Shown: piece by piece, positions 13,281 through 27,789 of the stretch
Position numbering within the stretch: position 1 is the stretch's first letter
Layout of the letters: each line of letters begins with the position of its first letter
Assembly: GCF_006345805.1 (NCBI RefSeq)
Contig: NC_043004.1
Span: 68,200,001-68,264,000, forward strand
Direction of reading: 5' to 3'
DNA length: 64,000 nucleotides
From: Octopus sinensis
Taxonomy: Eukaryota
Position numbers and translations under genes: made by a program
The notes under the pieces: generated by a model
Told to the model about the DNA's origin: nothing
Database searches by the model: none
What the model saw: the letters and a program-made list of their open reading frames with translations, nothing else

Positions 13281-15014
13281 GCGTTTGGTGTAACTTGACG
13301 AATAAACCAAATAAATTACAAAAATATTGCAAAACTTCCAACACAAATGGATATTATTCTCCATATTTTACTGTACAAGCTTTTCATGTTATACTACATA
13401 TACTGGTTTTAATAAACCTCCACTGAATAATATACTGTACCTCCACACTATACTACACCTCCGTACTATGAGGTAGTTCACCATTACACTATGCAGCAGA
13501 CAGACTGTACTAAACCTCCGCATTATAGCACAACCACGCACATTGTATTATTTCCACAGTATATTAACTCCCCGCAGAATAATATAAAAACCCACATTGT
13601 AAAATAGTACACCTCCACACGATACTATACTGTTTTGCTACGTTATGATTCATCTTCACTCTATATCTTAGAGTCTATGATATCGCTGCGCACCGTACTA
13701 CGCATAGTTTTGTAATATATCGCATTCTATACAACATCAATGTATTTATTTAGTTATTTCGCTAATTCGTTAGTTGGTTCGTTAGTCAATCAGTAAATCA
13801 GTCAGTCAGTCATTTGCTGGGTTACTTGCTTTTCTTTTGGTAAACAAAACAGGTTGTTTTATAAGAACGTTTGAATAAAAGACACAGTAAAAAAGAGAGA
13901 TAAGAAAGAAGGAAAAGGGAGAGTAAGAAAGCTGAATGGGGTGAAGCAGCGGAAGACAGAGCAAGAGGCGAGCGATGGGCCTCATATCCCAGAACAATTT
14001 GGGTGCTCGGCCGCACCCCGTGATTATGACCGCGAGGACTTTGCCGCAGAGAACAGACAGCTGTAGCAACCACTTCGCCTCGCACGACTCACTTCGACGG
14101 CCCGTCGTTCTCCTTCGTTGGCTGGTTGATTGGTTGGTTGGTTGGTTGGTTGGTTAGATATTCAGTCAATCAGTCAATCAGTCAGTTAGTTAGCTAGTTA
14201 CTTAGTTCGCTGCTTTCTTTCTTGCTTGTTTCACTGGTTGTTTGGTTTATCAGCTGGTTGTTGAGTCGGTTGGTTATTTAGCCAACCAGTCAGATGCATC
14301 TTTTTTTTTGGGGGGGGGGTAGATTTTTAGTCAATCCGATTCATGTTCACACATCAGAAATCAGTTTTATCAATTCTCTCCAAGTGCGTTCTCAATCAAG
14401 ATCTATCGTATGCAGTCGCTTATAGTTGCGGGCGAACATTAGAGCACCTTGCGCCACCTTTCACTGAATTAGCGGATCAACAAGGATGCGACGACGGGAG
14501 GAAAGAGGAGAGTATTATTAATCCTGATATGAAGTTCATTCTCAGGTGTCTAGTCTAGAAGCAAAGTAAAATAAAGTACATTGCACACGGGCAAAGCATA
14601 CTACCTGATCCAGTCTTATCACTGGAGCCTATCATCTTCGATTAAATTTGAGCTACGGCTATACAATCCTGACCTGGAGAAATCATTAACTACTGCTACT
14701 ACTACTGTTGTTGCTGTTCTTCTTCCAATCAGGAATCACGCCATTAGCCACAAAGAATAATATCTAATTGGAGCCTACTCTAAGCTACTAAGAATGCGTG
14801 TGGCAACTTGAAGATGCACCCGCCACATGCGATAGACTGGCGGTTGCACGGGCGCCAAAGCTACGTTGTTATCCTCATTCCGTAAACGGTGGAGTTTAAC
14901 GGGTAGAGAGCTGGACCGTCTTGGGGTACAGAGGATTCGCAATCTAGACGAGGGTCTGAAAGGTTACCACACCATAGTGGGTTTCACCATGGTTCCACTG
15001 CTTTGTGGCAGAAG

Positions 15015-15203
15015 TAGGAAGAAAGAATGAGAGAAAGTTGTGGTGAAAGATGACAGTGGGTTTCACCACCACCACCCCACGCCGGAGCATCGTGGAGCTT
15101 AGGTGTTTTTGCTCAATAAACACTCATAATGCCCGGTCTGGGAATCGAAACCGCGTTCTTACGATCGCAAGTCGTCTGTCCTAACCACTGGGCCATTGCA
15201 CCT
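15015..15203 (-). mobile_element. SINE family C (tRNA-like head)
   Basis: Reverse complement of gcaatggcccagtggttagg...gtttcgattcccagaccgggc...gagctccacga...cacaactttctctca, shared with 32859 and 62691. Confidence 0.85.
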
Positions 15204-15880
15204 GCACTGCTGTTGTTGCTGTTGCTGATTATGATGATATTAAATGAAGCGATATCTTTCTGAAATCGGCCAAGTTATATCTGAATCATGGTATAAGGAA
15301 CATCAGCTCTTGAATAGTTGAATTTTCGGCACCACCGACACCTTCGCCACTAATAACAGAATAGAATAAAAAAAAAATCTCAGCGCCATGAATACCACCA
15401 CCATCGCCATTAACGATTAACATCAACAACAACTGCATCATACAGCAGTTTCTACGAGGTGTTCCGTTCTGCCAAAAAAATCACCTAATTTCCGTAGTTG
15501 TGATACAGACTCTTTTTATTTAATGGATGGACACTACAGGAACGCCTGGGATCACAGACCAACTCATTCAGGAGCAAACCGGGGAATAAACAACAACAAC
15601 ATGTAGTGTAGTCGTAGTAAATTTACTGCTAATATAATCATCAACCACCACAATTTTTAGCTTCTTGAAAGCCTTTTCTGCAAATCACAATTGACAAATT
15701 CCAAATGACAGATACTTGAACTGAGTCCAATTTTAACGTTTATAATTAAATTACATAAGAGAAAAGTGACTCGTGTGTTGCATAGTCAGGTTACACGCAC
15801 GCGCGCATGAATTGGCGTGTGCACATATATATACACGCACATGCATGTGTATGTATGGGTGTTTGTTCTTGTGCGTGTGT

Positions 15881-15947
<67 letters not shown>

Positions 15948-16399
15948 TGTGTGTGTTTGTGTAGTAATATAATATTAATGACAGAATTGTAAATCGAGCA
16001 ATTTAACTAATTGAAGTTGCTTTTGTTGTTACCCATATACCAGATTCAAAATGAATAATTATTTAAATTCTTCGAAGTAAGCAAATAATTATGGGAATTG
16101 TTTCCACATTATATATTTTTGCTTTCTTCAGATTTCTCTGAAATTATGTATATTTCCTTGTATTATTCCGAACCAGAATCAAATCTCTTATGCACATTAG
16201 CATTTTTAAATTCCGTCACCTGATTATTAATGCCCTAGGGAGAAAATACGAATATGAATGAATTGAAGTTCTTTACAGCAGCATGACACATTGTATAATA
16301 TAGTTGTAGATATACTGTGCCTGGGAAAATTTAGAAACAAGCTTTTTCGATTAGGTGTGACCTTGGTTAAAGCAAACATACTCTCAATGGCGTTTTCAC

Positions 16400-17305
16400 A
16401 ATCGGAGACAAGGCCATCTGTTTCTAGGGGAAGGTTATGATTAATACCATTGACAGTACTACATTACTGGTACTCTAGTTTTTTTACGATCCTGAAAGAC
16501 TGAGATGCGAAGTTGACGCCGACGGAAATTGAACTCGTAGCTTACATAGTTAGATGCAGCATGGCAATTGGTTTCTTCTGATGTTCTAGAGATTTTGACA
16601 GTTCACTGCCAAAGAAATAATGATTTCAAACTTTGGCCAGCGATATTAGGAGGACAAATTAGTTGATTACTTTGACCCCAGTGCTGAACTGGTATTTATT
16701 TTACTGAACTAGTAAATATAAAAAGCCAAGTCGATATCGGTGAAATTTCGTCTGTCTATACGTTCTGAGGTCGACAATGCCTTTCAACGATTCAGCAAGT
16801 CGCCGCCTTAACTTCATAAATAATATTTTCTACACTAAATAAACTTTTCTATTGCACGCATTAGGCCTGAAATTTGTGGGGAGGGGTTACTCGATTAAAT
16901 CAACTCCAGTACGCAACATGTACATATTTCATAGCGCCCGAAAAGATAAAAAACATTGTCGCCTTCAAAACGTATAGAGAGACGAAATGAAGTTAAACAT
17001 TTTATCCGACAGACTAATGATTATGCCAGCTCGTCGCCTAAGCCACATAAATATTACAAATTACCACAAATAACTTGGCTATTTTCAGTGAATGCAGTTC
17101 TAAGACCTATTTGTAAATTGACCTCAAATTTGTTCGGGGGAGGGGTAAATTCGATTACATCAACCCCAGTGCTTAATTGGTACTTATTTTACCGACCACT
17201 GAAGAGATGAAAGACGAAGTTGCCTTCGGCGAAATTTGAGCTCAGAACATAAAACAGATGAAATAACTCTTAGCATTTTTCCCGCCAGTTTGTCGCCTTA
17301 ATATA
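16400..17305 (-). mobile_element. Cluster of about four degenerate family A SINEs
   Basis: Repeated tcgaccccagt.ctgaactggtac...gaaag.atgaaag.c.aagt.gac...ggaatttgaactcag motifs. Confidence 0.75.
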
Positions 17306-17329
17306 TTTATATATCAAACGGTCAAAGAT

Positions 17330-17764
17330 ACTCTTTACTCTTTTACACTTTTACTTGTTTCAGCCATTTGACTGTGGCCATGCTGGAGCATCGCCTTTAG
17401 TCGAGCAAATCGACCCCAGGACTTATTCTTTGTAAGCCTAGTACTTATTCTATCGGTTTCTTTTGCCAAACCGCTAAGTTACGGGGACGTAAACACACCA
17501 GCATCTGTTGTCAAGCGATGTTGGGGGAACAAACATGGACATACAAATATATAAACATATATATATATACATATATATACATATATATATATACATATAT
17601 ATATACGACGGGCTTCCTTCAGTTCCCGTCTACCAAATCCACTCACAAAGCGTTGGTCGGCCCGAGGCTATAGTAGAAGCCACTTGCCCAAGGTGCGACG
17701 CAGTGGAACTGAACCCGGGACCATGTGGTTCGTAAGCAAGTTGCTCACCACACAGCCACTCCTA
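17330..17764 (-). mobile_element. SINE family B, near full length
   Basis: Complete head (cacacagccactcc), body, internal (TA) tract and tactctttactctttt tail in reverse orientation. Confidence 0.9.
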
Positions 17765-19152
17765 CAAATTTTGAACGAATCTATTTTTCACCCACAGAAA
17801 GATATATGACTCGTACTCCAGAGGACCGTGTTGATTTATATCCCAAATATCATTATCACACTTATTGTGCGTCTATCAAACTCTAATTTTAGTTTATTAC
17901 CAAGTGTTATATGCGTGGCATATAATCTTCCAGTCTTTCAAGGTCACGAGAGGAGTTTACCTGTTGTTTTATATCAGTAATTAAAGCTGATTACTAGTAG
18001 AAATAGGAATTTGGTATTTAAAGAAAAGACAAGATGAAATTTCGAACTCACTCAAACCTTCTCCTGTCTTGTATAGGATGTATTTCCCAGACGTCTGTGC
18101 ATCATATGATATACATGCCCAATGTTATTCAGCCACCGGAGTCACAGGCGACTTACGAAAGGACAATTTTATATGACACAGAGTGTATAAAAGAACGGTT
18201 AAGTAAAAGTCTGTCAACAGACATGGACGTTTGGGTCAAAATTGTGAAATTTCTTTGAAGAAGCAAAGGATTAAATCTTTAGTATTCTACGTTGTATTTA
18301 CGGAGCGAGTTTCTTCTTATTTTTACTTCCAATCATCTGCATTAAACTTTAATATAAAAAAATAGAATGAATATTAAATGTAACATCGTGCATTATTTTT
18401 TATATTGTTGTATTTCCCCATCTTCTCTTCGGTAGAATAATTCCACAGCTCATACAACAGATGTTGAAGTCATCCCTAACGAGTAAAATCTCATCAGTTT
18501 CGGGTGAAATTCACTAAAGTCTTCCAGCTTGCTGGATGATATAATTCCCTTTCGCATCTCTTCTTCGTTTCATTTTCCCGCAATTCTGGTTTTGACTCGC
18601 CCTGCCCTAAACCTGAATGTTACAAATAGCCATCAAAACACTCTGAATTTAAACTCTAATGTCTTACGAGCTAACGAAGGGAGCGTGCATGCAGTCGCTT
18701 GACCACCTCTAAACAACATCCACAATCGATTCCATCAAATCACACAACTGTGGCTGTATGAAAGGGGAATTTATTAGATAATGCGACTCTACACATTTTA
18801 TTTCAAGAGAATAAAAAGGTATGCGAGGGCACGGTCACCATTGCACTGTATTTCATCATAGGTTTGCTCGATTCGGCCATCCTGGTGTTAAATAGCGGCT
18901 ACAACTTAATTTAAATACAAGATATGATTAATTTGGCTCGAAGCTAATTTTATGAAAGAAAGAAATTTTAATAAGACTTCGAAATAAAGTGACTACTGAA
19001 ATATTATTTTGTAAATATTAACGAAGGCGAGTATGAAATGTTAATTGCAAAGTAGCATAAAAGTGAATTCATATAGCAGCGGTCGTTGTATTTCTTTAAA
19101 CTTCGCGAGGATGCCTTAATTGGTCAAGCCTTATAATCTCCAAAAAAACAAA

Positions 19153-19330
19153 ACCGTGTTTCTCAAAGGAGGCCGTAACGCCCTAATGCGTGTGTCGAAC
19201 ATCAGAGAGATATTTTGTTACTCAATCATTCCATCATGAATTCTTTTTTAAAATGTTTATTCACGTGGCGGCACGGGGTGGCGTTGAGAATATTATAAGA
19301 TCAAAGGCCGACGTTTGAGAAGCGGTTCAT
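19153..19330. mobile_element. Possible hAT-type MITE
   Basis: Imperfect terminal inverted repeats ccgtgtttctcaaa / tttgagaagcgg. Confidence 0.4.
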
Positions 19331-20004
19331 TTAAGGCGTTGCAGTTTAAAACATTCTGTCTTTTGCATTTGCGTTAATAAATCTTCCTGTGTGTCCCTAC
19401 TTCTAACAGAATACGGAGTGATAGGAAGATATGGCTGCTATTTAAAGTATGTGAAGCAACTATATAGGGGGTATTATAAAAAAAAAACTGCTTCTGTTCT
19501 TGTGGAAACAGGACAGAACGAATTAAATTTACTGGCAATAAAATCTGTCCTTTCTTTTCTGGACGCTCATCAACGGCTAATAGAAGCACAAAGATGACTT
19601 CATGACATAGATCGTGGCTGGGGCATTTTAAATATGGTGAAAACTGTCCCCTCCGTGTCTGTACACAGCCATTTTCTTCGTTGGAAAATGCAAGAAAGAT
19701 GTTCTAATGACACTGCCAAATCAACATCCTTATCATCCAATATGTCAAACATAAATTTATTTATTTTCGCAACAGGAAATGGTTCGATGTTCCTTTAGAA
19801 ATTCAAAAGGGATGCGGTGAGATTATTTCATACATTATAATACTAAAGGCCATATGGTAATCACTTATAGTTCTGTACGATTTCAATTCAAATACTGTAT
19901 CCGCTGAAATCTTTTACCACATTCTGCTCGTTCTCTTGAAGAAGGATAGAATAAGTAAAACCTTATGGTATTTAAATTCATAATCCAAAGGCTCACAAAC
20001 AATA

Positions 20005-20425
20005 CCGGTTTCCAATTTTAGCACAAGGCTAGCAATTTCGAGTCTGGAGACACGTCGATTATTTATACACCCCGGTTCTCAAATGATACTTATTTTATCA
20101 ACCCCGAACTGATGAAAGGCAAAGCTTACCTCGACGGAATTTGAACTCAGAACGTAAAGACGGACGAAGTGCCGCTACGTATTTTGTCTACTCTACCAGC
20201 TCAGCGCCTTAAGATCAACAATTAATATCGCTTTCAGATTATGGCACAGGACCAGCTAATTTGAGGGACGAATAAGCCGATTACATCGACCCCAGTACTC
20301 AACTGGTACTTATTTTATCGAGCCCATGGTGATGAAAGGCAAAGCTGACCTCGACGGAATTTGAACTCAGAACGTACGGACGGACGATATGCCACCAAGC
20401 CTTTTCCCGAAGTTATATCGACGCT
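20005..20425 (-). mobile_element. Two adjacent family A SINEs
   Basis: Two gatgaaaggcaaagct.acctcgacggaatttgaactcagaacgta blocks. Confidence 0.8.
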
Positions 20426-20689
20426 AGACGTTCACCGTCTTAAGACCCACAACTAATTTCGCAACGCATTTCACCTAATTCTATAGTCACTCTACTACAG
20501 AACCACCACCCTAAAACAATTTCAGTAGCAGTATCCCTAACTAAACTCGGTTTATGATTTCGAAAAATAAAGGTAATTTATAAAATTCAATAATTTGAGA
20601 TTAGACCGTTTTTTATATCCATGTGATATGTCACCGTCTGTATTTCCAACTTGTTGGCATTGTAGTTTAAAGCTTTTATGTTCTATCTC

Positions 20690-21150
20690 TTTCTTCTTTC
20701 ACTCACTTGACTGCGGTCATCCTGGGACACTTACTTGAAGGGTTTGGGTTGCACAAATTAAATGCAGTACTTTTCTGTTAAGATTGGTACTTGTTTTGAC
20801 GCGCTCTTTTGCCGAACTTATATAAGGTATACATGTATGTGTGTGCGTGCGTGTGTGTGTGTGTGTATGTGTGTATGTGTGTGTGTGTGTGCACGCCTGC
20901 GTGTGTGTAAAATCAAAGAAAAATACAGGAACGGAAAATATGCAATCAACTTCGTTATGAGTGGATGTATGCATACATGTATGTACGTTTATATGTATGC
21001 ATGTACGGCAGGTTATCAGACAGTTTGCGCATGTGATGTTAACTGACGAATCATCTGTCGTCCAGGCTTCTAGTAGAAGTTATTTGCCAAATATGTCCCG
21101 AAATGGAACTGAATCCGCAACGACGTGTTTGCAAAGATACCTTCTTCATT
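20690..21150 (-). mobile_element. Degenerate family B SINE with expanded internal (TG)n
   Basis: Tail-side ttgactgcggtcatcctgg and head-side tagtagaagttatttgccaaat...ggaactgaatcc motifs. Confidence 0.55.
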
Positions 21151-21544
21151 ACACAGCAGTGAATACACCTGTAAAATTATGATTGTGCCCACACGTCCAT
21201 GCGGGTTTAATAATATTAAACTGTTTATTCGTAATGACACGAAAATAAGCAGCACCACATCATAAATTCTTCCCCATTTTCTCGCCAGCGCATTCGTCAT
21301 CGTTGCAGGAAATTAGCTCTAATAAAGGCCAATAGCAACCTGGTTTCAAATCGTTTCTGCTATCTTCTTTCATGTGCAATTAATAAGTTGAGTCGAGAAC
21401 CTTTTTTACATGTGACACATGGCGTATCTCGCTATTATTGCAGGGAGTTTTAAATAAATTAATAATTAAATAAATAAATAAATGGGCTATGCTTGGCCTA
21501 TGCTAGTACTAAGATACTCCATTCCCTTTCAAAATGTATAAAGA

Positions 21545-22335
21545 TCGAACAGCAGAAATTATAAGCACTAGGGATCTCTTCACAATGAACAGCACACACA
21601 AAACTAGAAATTATATCGAGAGACTCTACCTAACAAGAGAGAAAAGAGGCAGAGAAATGTTTAACGGAGAAGACACCACTATTATTGCGATATTGAGCGA
21701 TGGACATTAGGCTGTCCGGAGCGAGGAAAGAATGCTACTGGCTGCTAGAAATGTCCAGATGTTTATTGAAATAATAGAATTCAAGAACAGATGCAAGAAG
21801 AGTATAGCAAGCAGATTAAGAGAAATAGAATTATAAGGTTAATTCATGCAACACCAAGATTGATGGACGTAATGAACCTTAATAATGGCTGAAGAACGGA
21901 AGACTGAAACCAGAAAGCGAAGTGCTAATTATATCCCCGCCAGAACAAGCCATTGGAACGGATTTGATAAAAGGCAAGATTGATTCAGACAGAGAGCAAA
22001 CGCAGAATTTTTCGAAAAGGAGCCGAAAGAATTAACCTTCACTTGAATGAATGTAGTAAGCTAACTTAAAAAGAGTATAAGCGTAGGCAGGGCTGTGTGG
22101 ATAAAAAATTGCATTGGGGTGTTAGCCGAGGTCGTGGCATTGCAGTAACAGAAAAGTGGTAAAGTGGTAGAAACTCCAACCGGAATCTATGACAGAGACT
22201 AAATATTACAAAATGTATTTAGCACAACACCTAAATGACTGCTTATGATAATGTAGGATATTGGAATTGTTGACCTGTAGAAAGATGCATTCCTTCAGTC
22301 TGCAGGAATCCTAAGAATGATTCTAGGGATTTGAG
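21545..22335 (+). mobile_element. Decayed 3' fragment of an RLE-type (R4/Dong-like) non-LTR retrotransposon
   Basis: Translations: LFTMNSTH..YIERLYLTREKRGR (cf. LLTMHGALHPKSDVDRLYLPRKEGGRG), WLKNGRLKPESEVLII..EQAIGTDLIKGKID, and terminal DL*KDAFLQSAGILRMILGI* (cf. LQKTALLGTARILRKVL); followed by AAT/GAT repeats. Confidence 0.8.
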
Positions 22336-22544
22336 ATTTGTAGTTAATAAAGCACAAGACAAGATTTCTGTTAAATATTATAGCAGATATTATTATTAAT
22401 TATAATAATAATGATGATGATGATGATGATGGTGATGATGATGGTGATGATGATGATGATGATGATTACGACGACGACGACGATGATGATAATGATAATG
22501 AGGAGGAGGAGGAGGATCATGATGGTGATACTGATTCCTACATT

Positions 22545-23470
22545 AAGCATAAGGCTTGAAATTTGAGGAAAAAAGGAGCTAGTCATTTACATCAACTCCA
22601 ATGCTAAACTGGTAATTATTTCAACATTCCTAAAGGATGACAGGCAGAATCGACCCCGATGGAATTTGCACACAGAACCTACGCAAGGCATTTCGTCTGG
22701 AATACGACCAATTTTACCAAATCCCACCAAAATCACATCTTACCGTATTAAATTGGTAGATAAAATTGCTTAATGTATTCCTACATAAACAAAAAGACGG
22801 AAGATTGTTTGATATAACAACTCTGAAGTATCAAAGATCATTCATTTGGAACTGGCGTGAGACTAAATAATAACACCAATACTAAAGTGATGGATACATT
22901 TCACCTATGTCTATTATTGTTGCTAACGCAAGTTAGGAGACCATGCAGGCCACCTGGATCGTACTAAATACTAGGTCATTTAATATGCTATATTTCAAAA
23001 CCTTACACACTATTCTCGTTGATGACAAAAGTCTCAAAATTGTATTGACGTTTTAGGCAGAAGCCTACCATCATGCACAAGAAGATCTACCAAAGCTAAT
23101 CGGAGATTCATCTTGCAGCGAAACGTAAAGCATAAATACAATAATATTTTTTTTTTAGAATTGTTAACACAAGTCCAACAATTACATCGGCGTCAGTGCT
23201 CAAATGGTACTTTATTTATTTGAAACCGAAAGGATGACAGGCAAAGTTGAACTCGACGGATTTTTTGCGCAGAATGTAAACCTGCAGAAATACCGCTAAC
23301 CATGTTGCTACGCGTGCTAACAATTCTGCTGGCTCAACGCCTTAATTTCGATGTTAATAATTAAATTACTTTATATTTAGGCGCAAGGTCACCGATTTTG
23401 AAGGTAACTTAAAGATCGAGACAATTGACAACCTCAACTAGTAATTCATATAATATCAATAATAATAAAC

Positions 23471-23502
<32 letters not shown>

Positions 23503-23953
23503 AAGAAGAAGAAGAAGAAGAAGAAGAAGAAGAAGAAGAAGATTATACATTATATAACTGGTGAAGGCCCAATTATGAAAAGTTCCCAAACTGTGCTAAT
23601 ACAATGAAGTATTAGGTTTAACATCGGCTTTTCAAAACTGTCTGGGTAATCCGACTGTAATTTGTTCAGTTATTGGAAATGCAATTGAATAAATTGTTTT
23701 AACATTCTTTCTCTATTCTTAGACATATTGAAGTACATTGAAAGCTATTTATCTCTCTTTCACCACTAACTACCTACCACATCGCAAATACATCGCATAT
23801 ACATCGCATATACATACATACAGATTGACTAACGAATATATATGAATATACATGCTTGAACACACACCACTCTCATGTATCTACATACGCCTAATATCCC
23901 CATACATACATACATGCATACATACATACATATATACATACATATATACATAT

Positions 23954-23987
<34 letters not shown>

Positions 23988-24101
23988 ATACCATGAATAA
24001 TTACATACCTACATATATATAGATAAGTATATATTATATACATACATGCAAATATATATTATACTTCGTATATTTTACTTTATATGTATGTAAGAATGCG
24101 T

Positions 24102-24142
<41 letters not shown>

Positions 24143-25650
24143 TATATATATATCATAGTACGTATATTTTATTATATGTATGTCCGTAAGTATGTATGCA
24201 ATCGTGTGTGTGTGTATGTGTGTATGTGTGTATGTGTGTATGTATGTATGTATGTAGGTAGGTAGGTAGGTAGGTAGGTAGGCAGTAGGTAGGTAGGTAG
24301 GTAATGAAGAGATAGGAAGAAAGAGATATGCATATGCATATCTATACATACGAGTGAGCATTCTTATTAACAATACTCATTTAAACGGATATTAATTTAT
24401 CTACTTACGCAATATTAATGGCCACTTAAAGAGTTTCAGAGATAAAAGAGAACAATTACTTTTTCGTATCATTTCGGCAGCCTATATTTAAATGAATGTC
24501 TCGATTAATCAGATGTCCAATTGTCAATTAATATCGAGGTAGTGTTACGTAAATATTGGGTGGTACAAAGCTTTTGTAAATTATGATATGAATGTCTTAC
24601 TCATCAGAGTTCAAACTCGAACAGGATACGTTTATCATTTCAGACACATTTTATTCTTTCAGTGAATCGGTGATGCATTTAGAGTCTTTTGTGACATTTC
24701 TATTATATTTCTGTTATTGAAAACGTCATGTGCCTTCTTCTAATTTACCATCGTATCAATCAAAGACTTAACTTTCTTAACCCTCTGTATACTTATCTAC
24801 CTATCTGTTATCTCTCTATTTATCTGCCTGCCTGTCTATTTGTCTACTTATCTATATATTTTATTGTTTATTTATCTATTATCCCTTTATCCATCTGCCC
24901 ATCATATGTACTTGATTTTGTGTGAAGTACCAGTTAAACACTGAGATCGATTTTATCGCTCTCCCTCTCTCTCCTTCTCTCTACATTTCTTCCTCACTTT
25001 CCTCTATGACCCTGTACTTTTCTATGCCCAGTGGCTTTGCCGTATTAAGAGAAGGTAGTTGAAGGCCACACAAAGTCCCTTTTATTTTGGAAATGAAAGA
25101 TAGTTAACCTACGATGTATCACAATGCTTCTCAATGTAAGCCTGTTGCTAAAACCCGTTCTAAATTATCCCCGAATATGGTGGATATGAAGATACCAATG
25201 CACTGCATGTAGGAATCGTTTGGAAGATTCCTTGATAAAGGCTAATCTAGGTGCACACATCAACAAAAACAGCAACAACAACGCATACAGATAACTTCAA
25301 ACAAGTAGAAAAAAGACATAAGATTTACTTATGACTTCTTTTACTCAGACGAATGAAGGATTCTATAAGATGTTGTGGTTGTCGTTAATGTGCCACTCAG
25401 CCCCGAGCAAGTCCTCCAAGTTGTGGGAGGAAAATATTGGTTTCAAATTTTGGTACAAGACAAGCAAGGTGGGGGTATGGGGTAAGTCGATCGCGTCAGT
25501 CTCAATCCGCACAAGGTACTAGTTTTATTGACCCCAAAAAGGATTAATGGCAAAGTCGACCTCGGCGGAATTTGAACTCCGAACGTAAAGACGGACGAAA
25601 TGCTGCCAATGTTTTGCCCGGCGTGCTGACAATTCTGCCATTCCAGCGAC
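22545..25650 (-). mobile_element. Three separate degenerate family A SINEs (22545-22720, 23165-23345, 25430-25650)
   Basis: gaaaggatgacaggcaaag..gac...ggaattt motifs; the 25430 copy includes its head. Confidence 0.7.
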
Positions 25651-26621
25651 CTAATGTAGGGAAATATTACAACCATCTGCGTCCATAGGTTGATCCTCAA
25701 GCATAATATATCAAGGGTTATACTATCGTATCGAATCCCAAACTAAAAGACGTCAATCCACAATTGCTGCCTATAATTTATCAGCGAAATTCTATTGACC
25801 CTCACAAATTTGTTTGTCTGTTGCTAATACAGGTACAAACTGAGCAAAGGTGTGGAGTGTGGTTGGTTGACCGTATCGAAGTCAGGACATCCTTGGTTCT
25901 TTAAGCATAGTTCTACATAAGAGAAAGGAAAAGTGAACCTCTGTTTTATTTGAACTCAAAGCTTAAATTTAACAAGATATCTTACAAGGTAAAGAGCCAG
26001 ATTAAATGTTAACGATTTTATCATCTCGCCTCCTTCAAACTCTATTTTAATCAGAAGACAAAATAGAGTTTACAAACATTCTATATAATTTTTCATCCGA
26101 TTTTGCCCCCAAAATAATTTTGAGACCATTGTAATGTAAGGCGTTGCCAAGAAGGAAAAGGAGTACCTACAGCTTCAAAGAATGGCAATGGACAGAAAGT
26201 TTAAATGACTGAATGAAATAGACCAGAGTAAAAGAAGACGTTGGTTTTGAATTCCAGTGAGGAGAAGTTGAAAGAAAGAAGGTATCAGAATAAATGGATT
26301 TACTGCTAAGTATATCAGCAGAGAGATTTTGCGTCTGAGAAGAGATTAACTGAAACGTTTAAAGGTATTAAAAGAGAATATCAGGCCAGACAATTTACCA
26401 GAAACTTATCAGGGCATTGACCACGGAATTGATTACACCAAAGTCAAAATGAAAAACATAATTGTTATTTCTTCATTACAATGTGTGACAACTTTAGAAT
26501 GATAGAACTAATCGTAACTGTCTTAGATATGACAAATGTTTTTCACCCACATTTAAATCTACACTGCGAAAACTATGAAGGTGTACAAGAAACATTGCAC
26601 TATCAAAACACAACCACCAGT

Positions 26622-26702
<81 letters not shown>

Positions 26703-27789
26703 CAAACTAAGGAAAGGAATTCATTCAAAGGGGTGTGTAAAACATCCAGTTCGGTGGTACGTCAGTTGGAGGCCACATGAGTATGGGTATAATGCAAATT
26801 ACAACAATAAATTAAATAGAGAGGTTCAATTAAGAATCCAATAATTTATTTATATTATAATATAACATTAAAATATCATTAAAAAAACCAAAGGGCCAGC
26901 AATTTCTTTCGATTTATGTACATTATTTCATTTACAAAGAATTCTATCCACTCATATAAGTCTCATCACAGCTTTAGTTTAAAGATAGACGAAATTACGC
27001 GAATGGATGGCTGGATTGTAAAAGACTTAATTCAAATGCCTATGTATTATGAGCATGGGCGTTAACGTTTCAACTACAAAAGAATTACAATTAAAAAAAC
27101 AACAAAATTATAACGGACAAAATAATTAAGTAAATATAATCTACAACTATCGAAATATACTTCTATATATCTCAAATAATATTAATCCAAACTCGTTAAG
27201 GTCGAAGACAATCTTTGGTTAAGTATACAAATTAAATATCTGGGTCTTACTTAATCTAGAGACAGTAATAAAACGTGTAAATAAATATAAATGATAATAT
27301 ACTATTATGTTGGTAATATATAACAACTCCTCTCTTTTATTGAAAGTTATTGATATAAAAAATATTGTTTAAAGTAACTAACACAAAATGTTCTTTATTT
27401 ATTTAGCCTATTGGAGGGAGAATACTAGAATAATTATGAAGAGAAACCTTATAAAAATGCTCTTTATTTACTTAATTTATCGGAGGGACAAAACCACAAT
27501 AAACATGAAGATGAACTTAGACCTACAATAACTACAACCAATATTACGCATTAGATATAGGCTTAGGCTATATTAATGGATATCAAATTATCCCTGGTTA
27601 CATCAAAATATTACTATTATATTGTATACATGGTATATTATAATATAAATAATTGGACAGTCAATCGAATCTCAGTTTAATTTATTGTTTATACATATGT
27701 GTGTGTGGGTGTATGTGTGTATGCGTGCATGTGTGGTGTGTATAAGTATGTATGTATGTATGTATGTATGTATGTATGTATGTATGTAG

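Noticed and set aside
18470-18540. CTGATGAG...CTCG hammerhead-like start and ETDEILLVRDDFN endonuclease-like peptide on the minus strand
   Set aside because: GAAA and helix III are missing, and the peptide match is too short to support a LINE call.
19395-19597. Acceptor-like ctaacag followed by an open frame (EYGVIGRYGCY...)
   Set aside because: No recognisable protein and no donor; plausible by chance.
25830-25920. Acceptor-like gctaatacag followed by GVWLVDRIEV (PLAT-like) peptide
   Set aside because: The frame stops after about 23 codons with no donor; similarity is too short.
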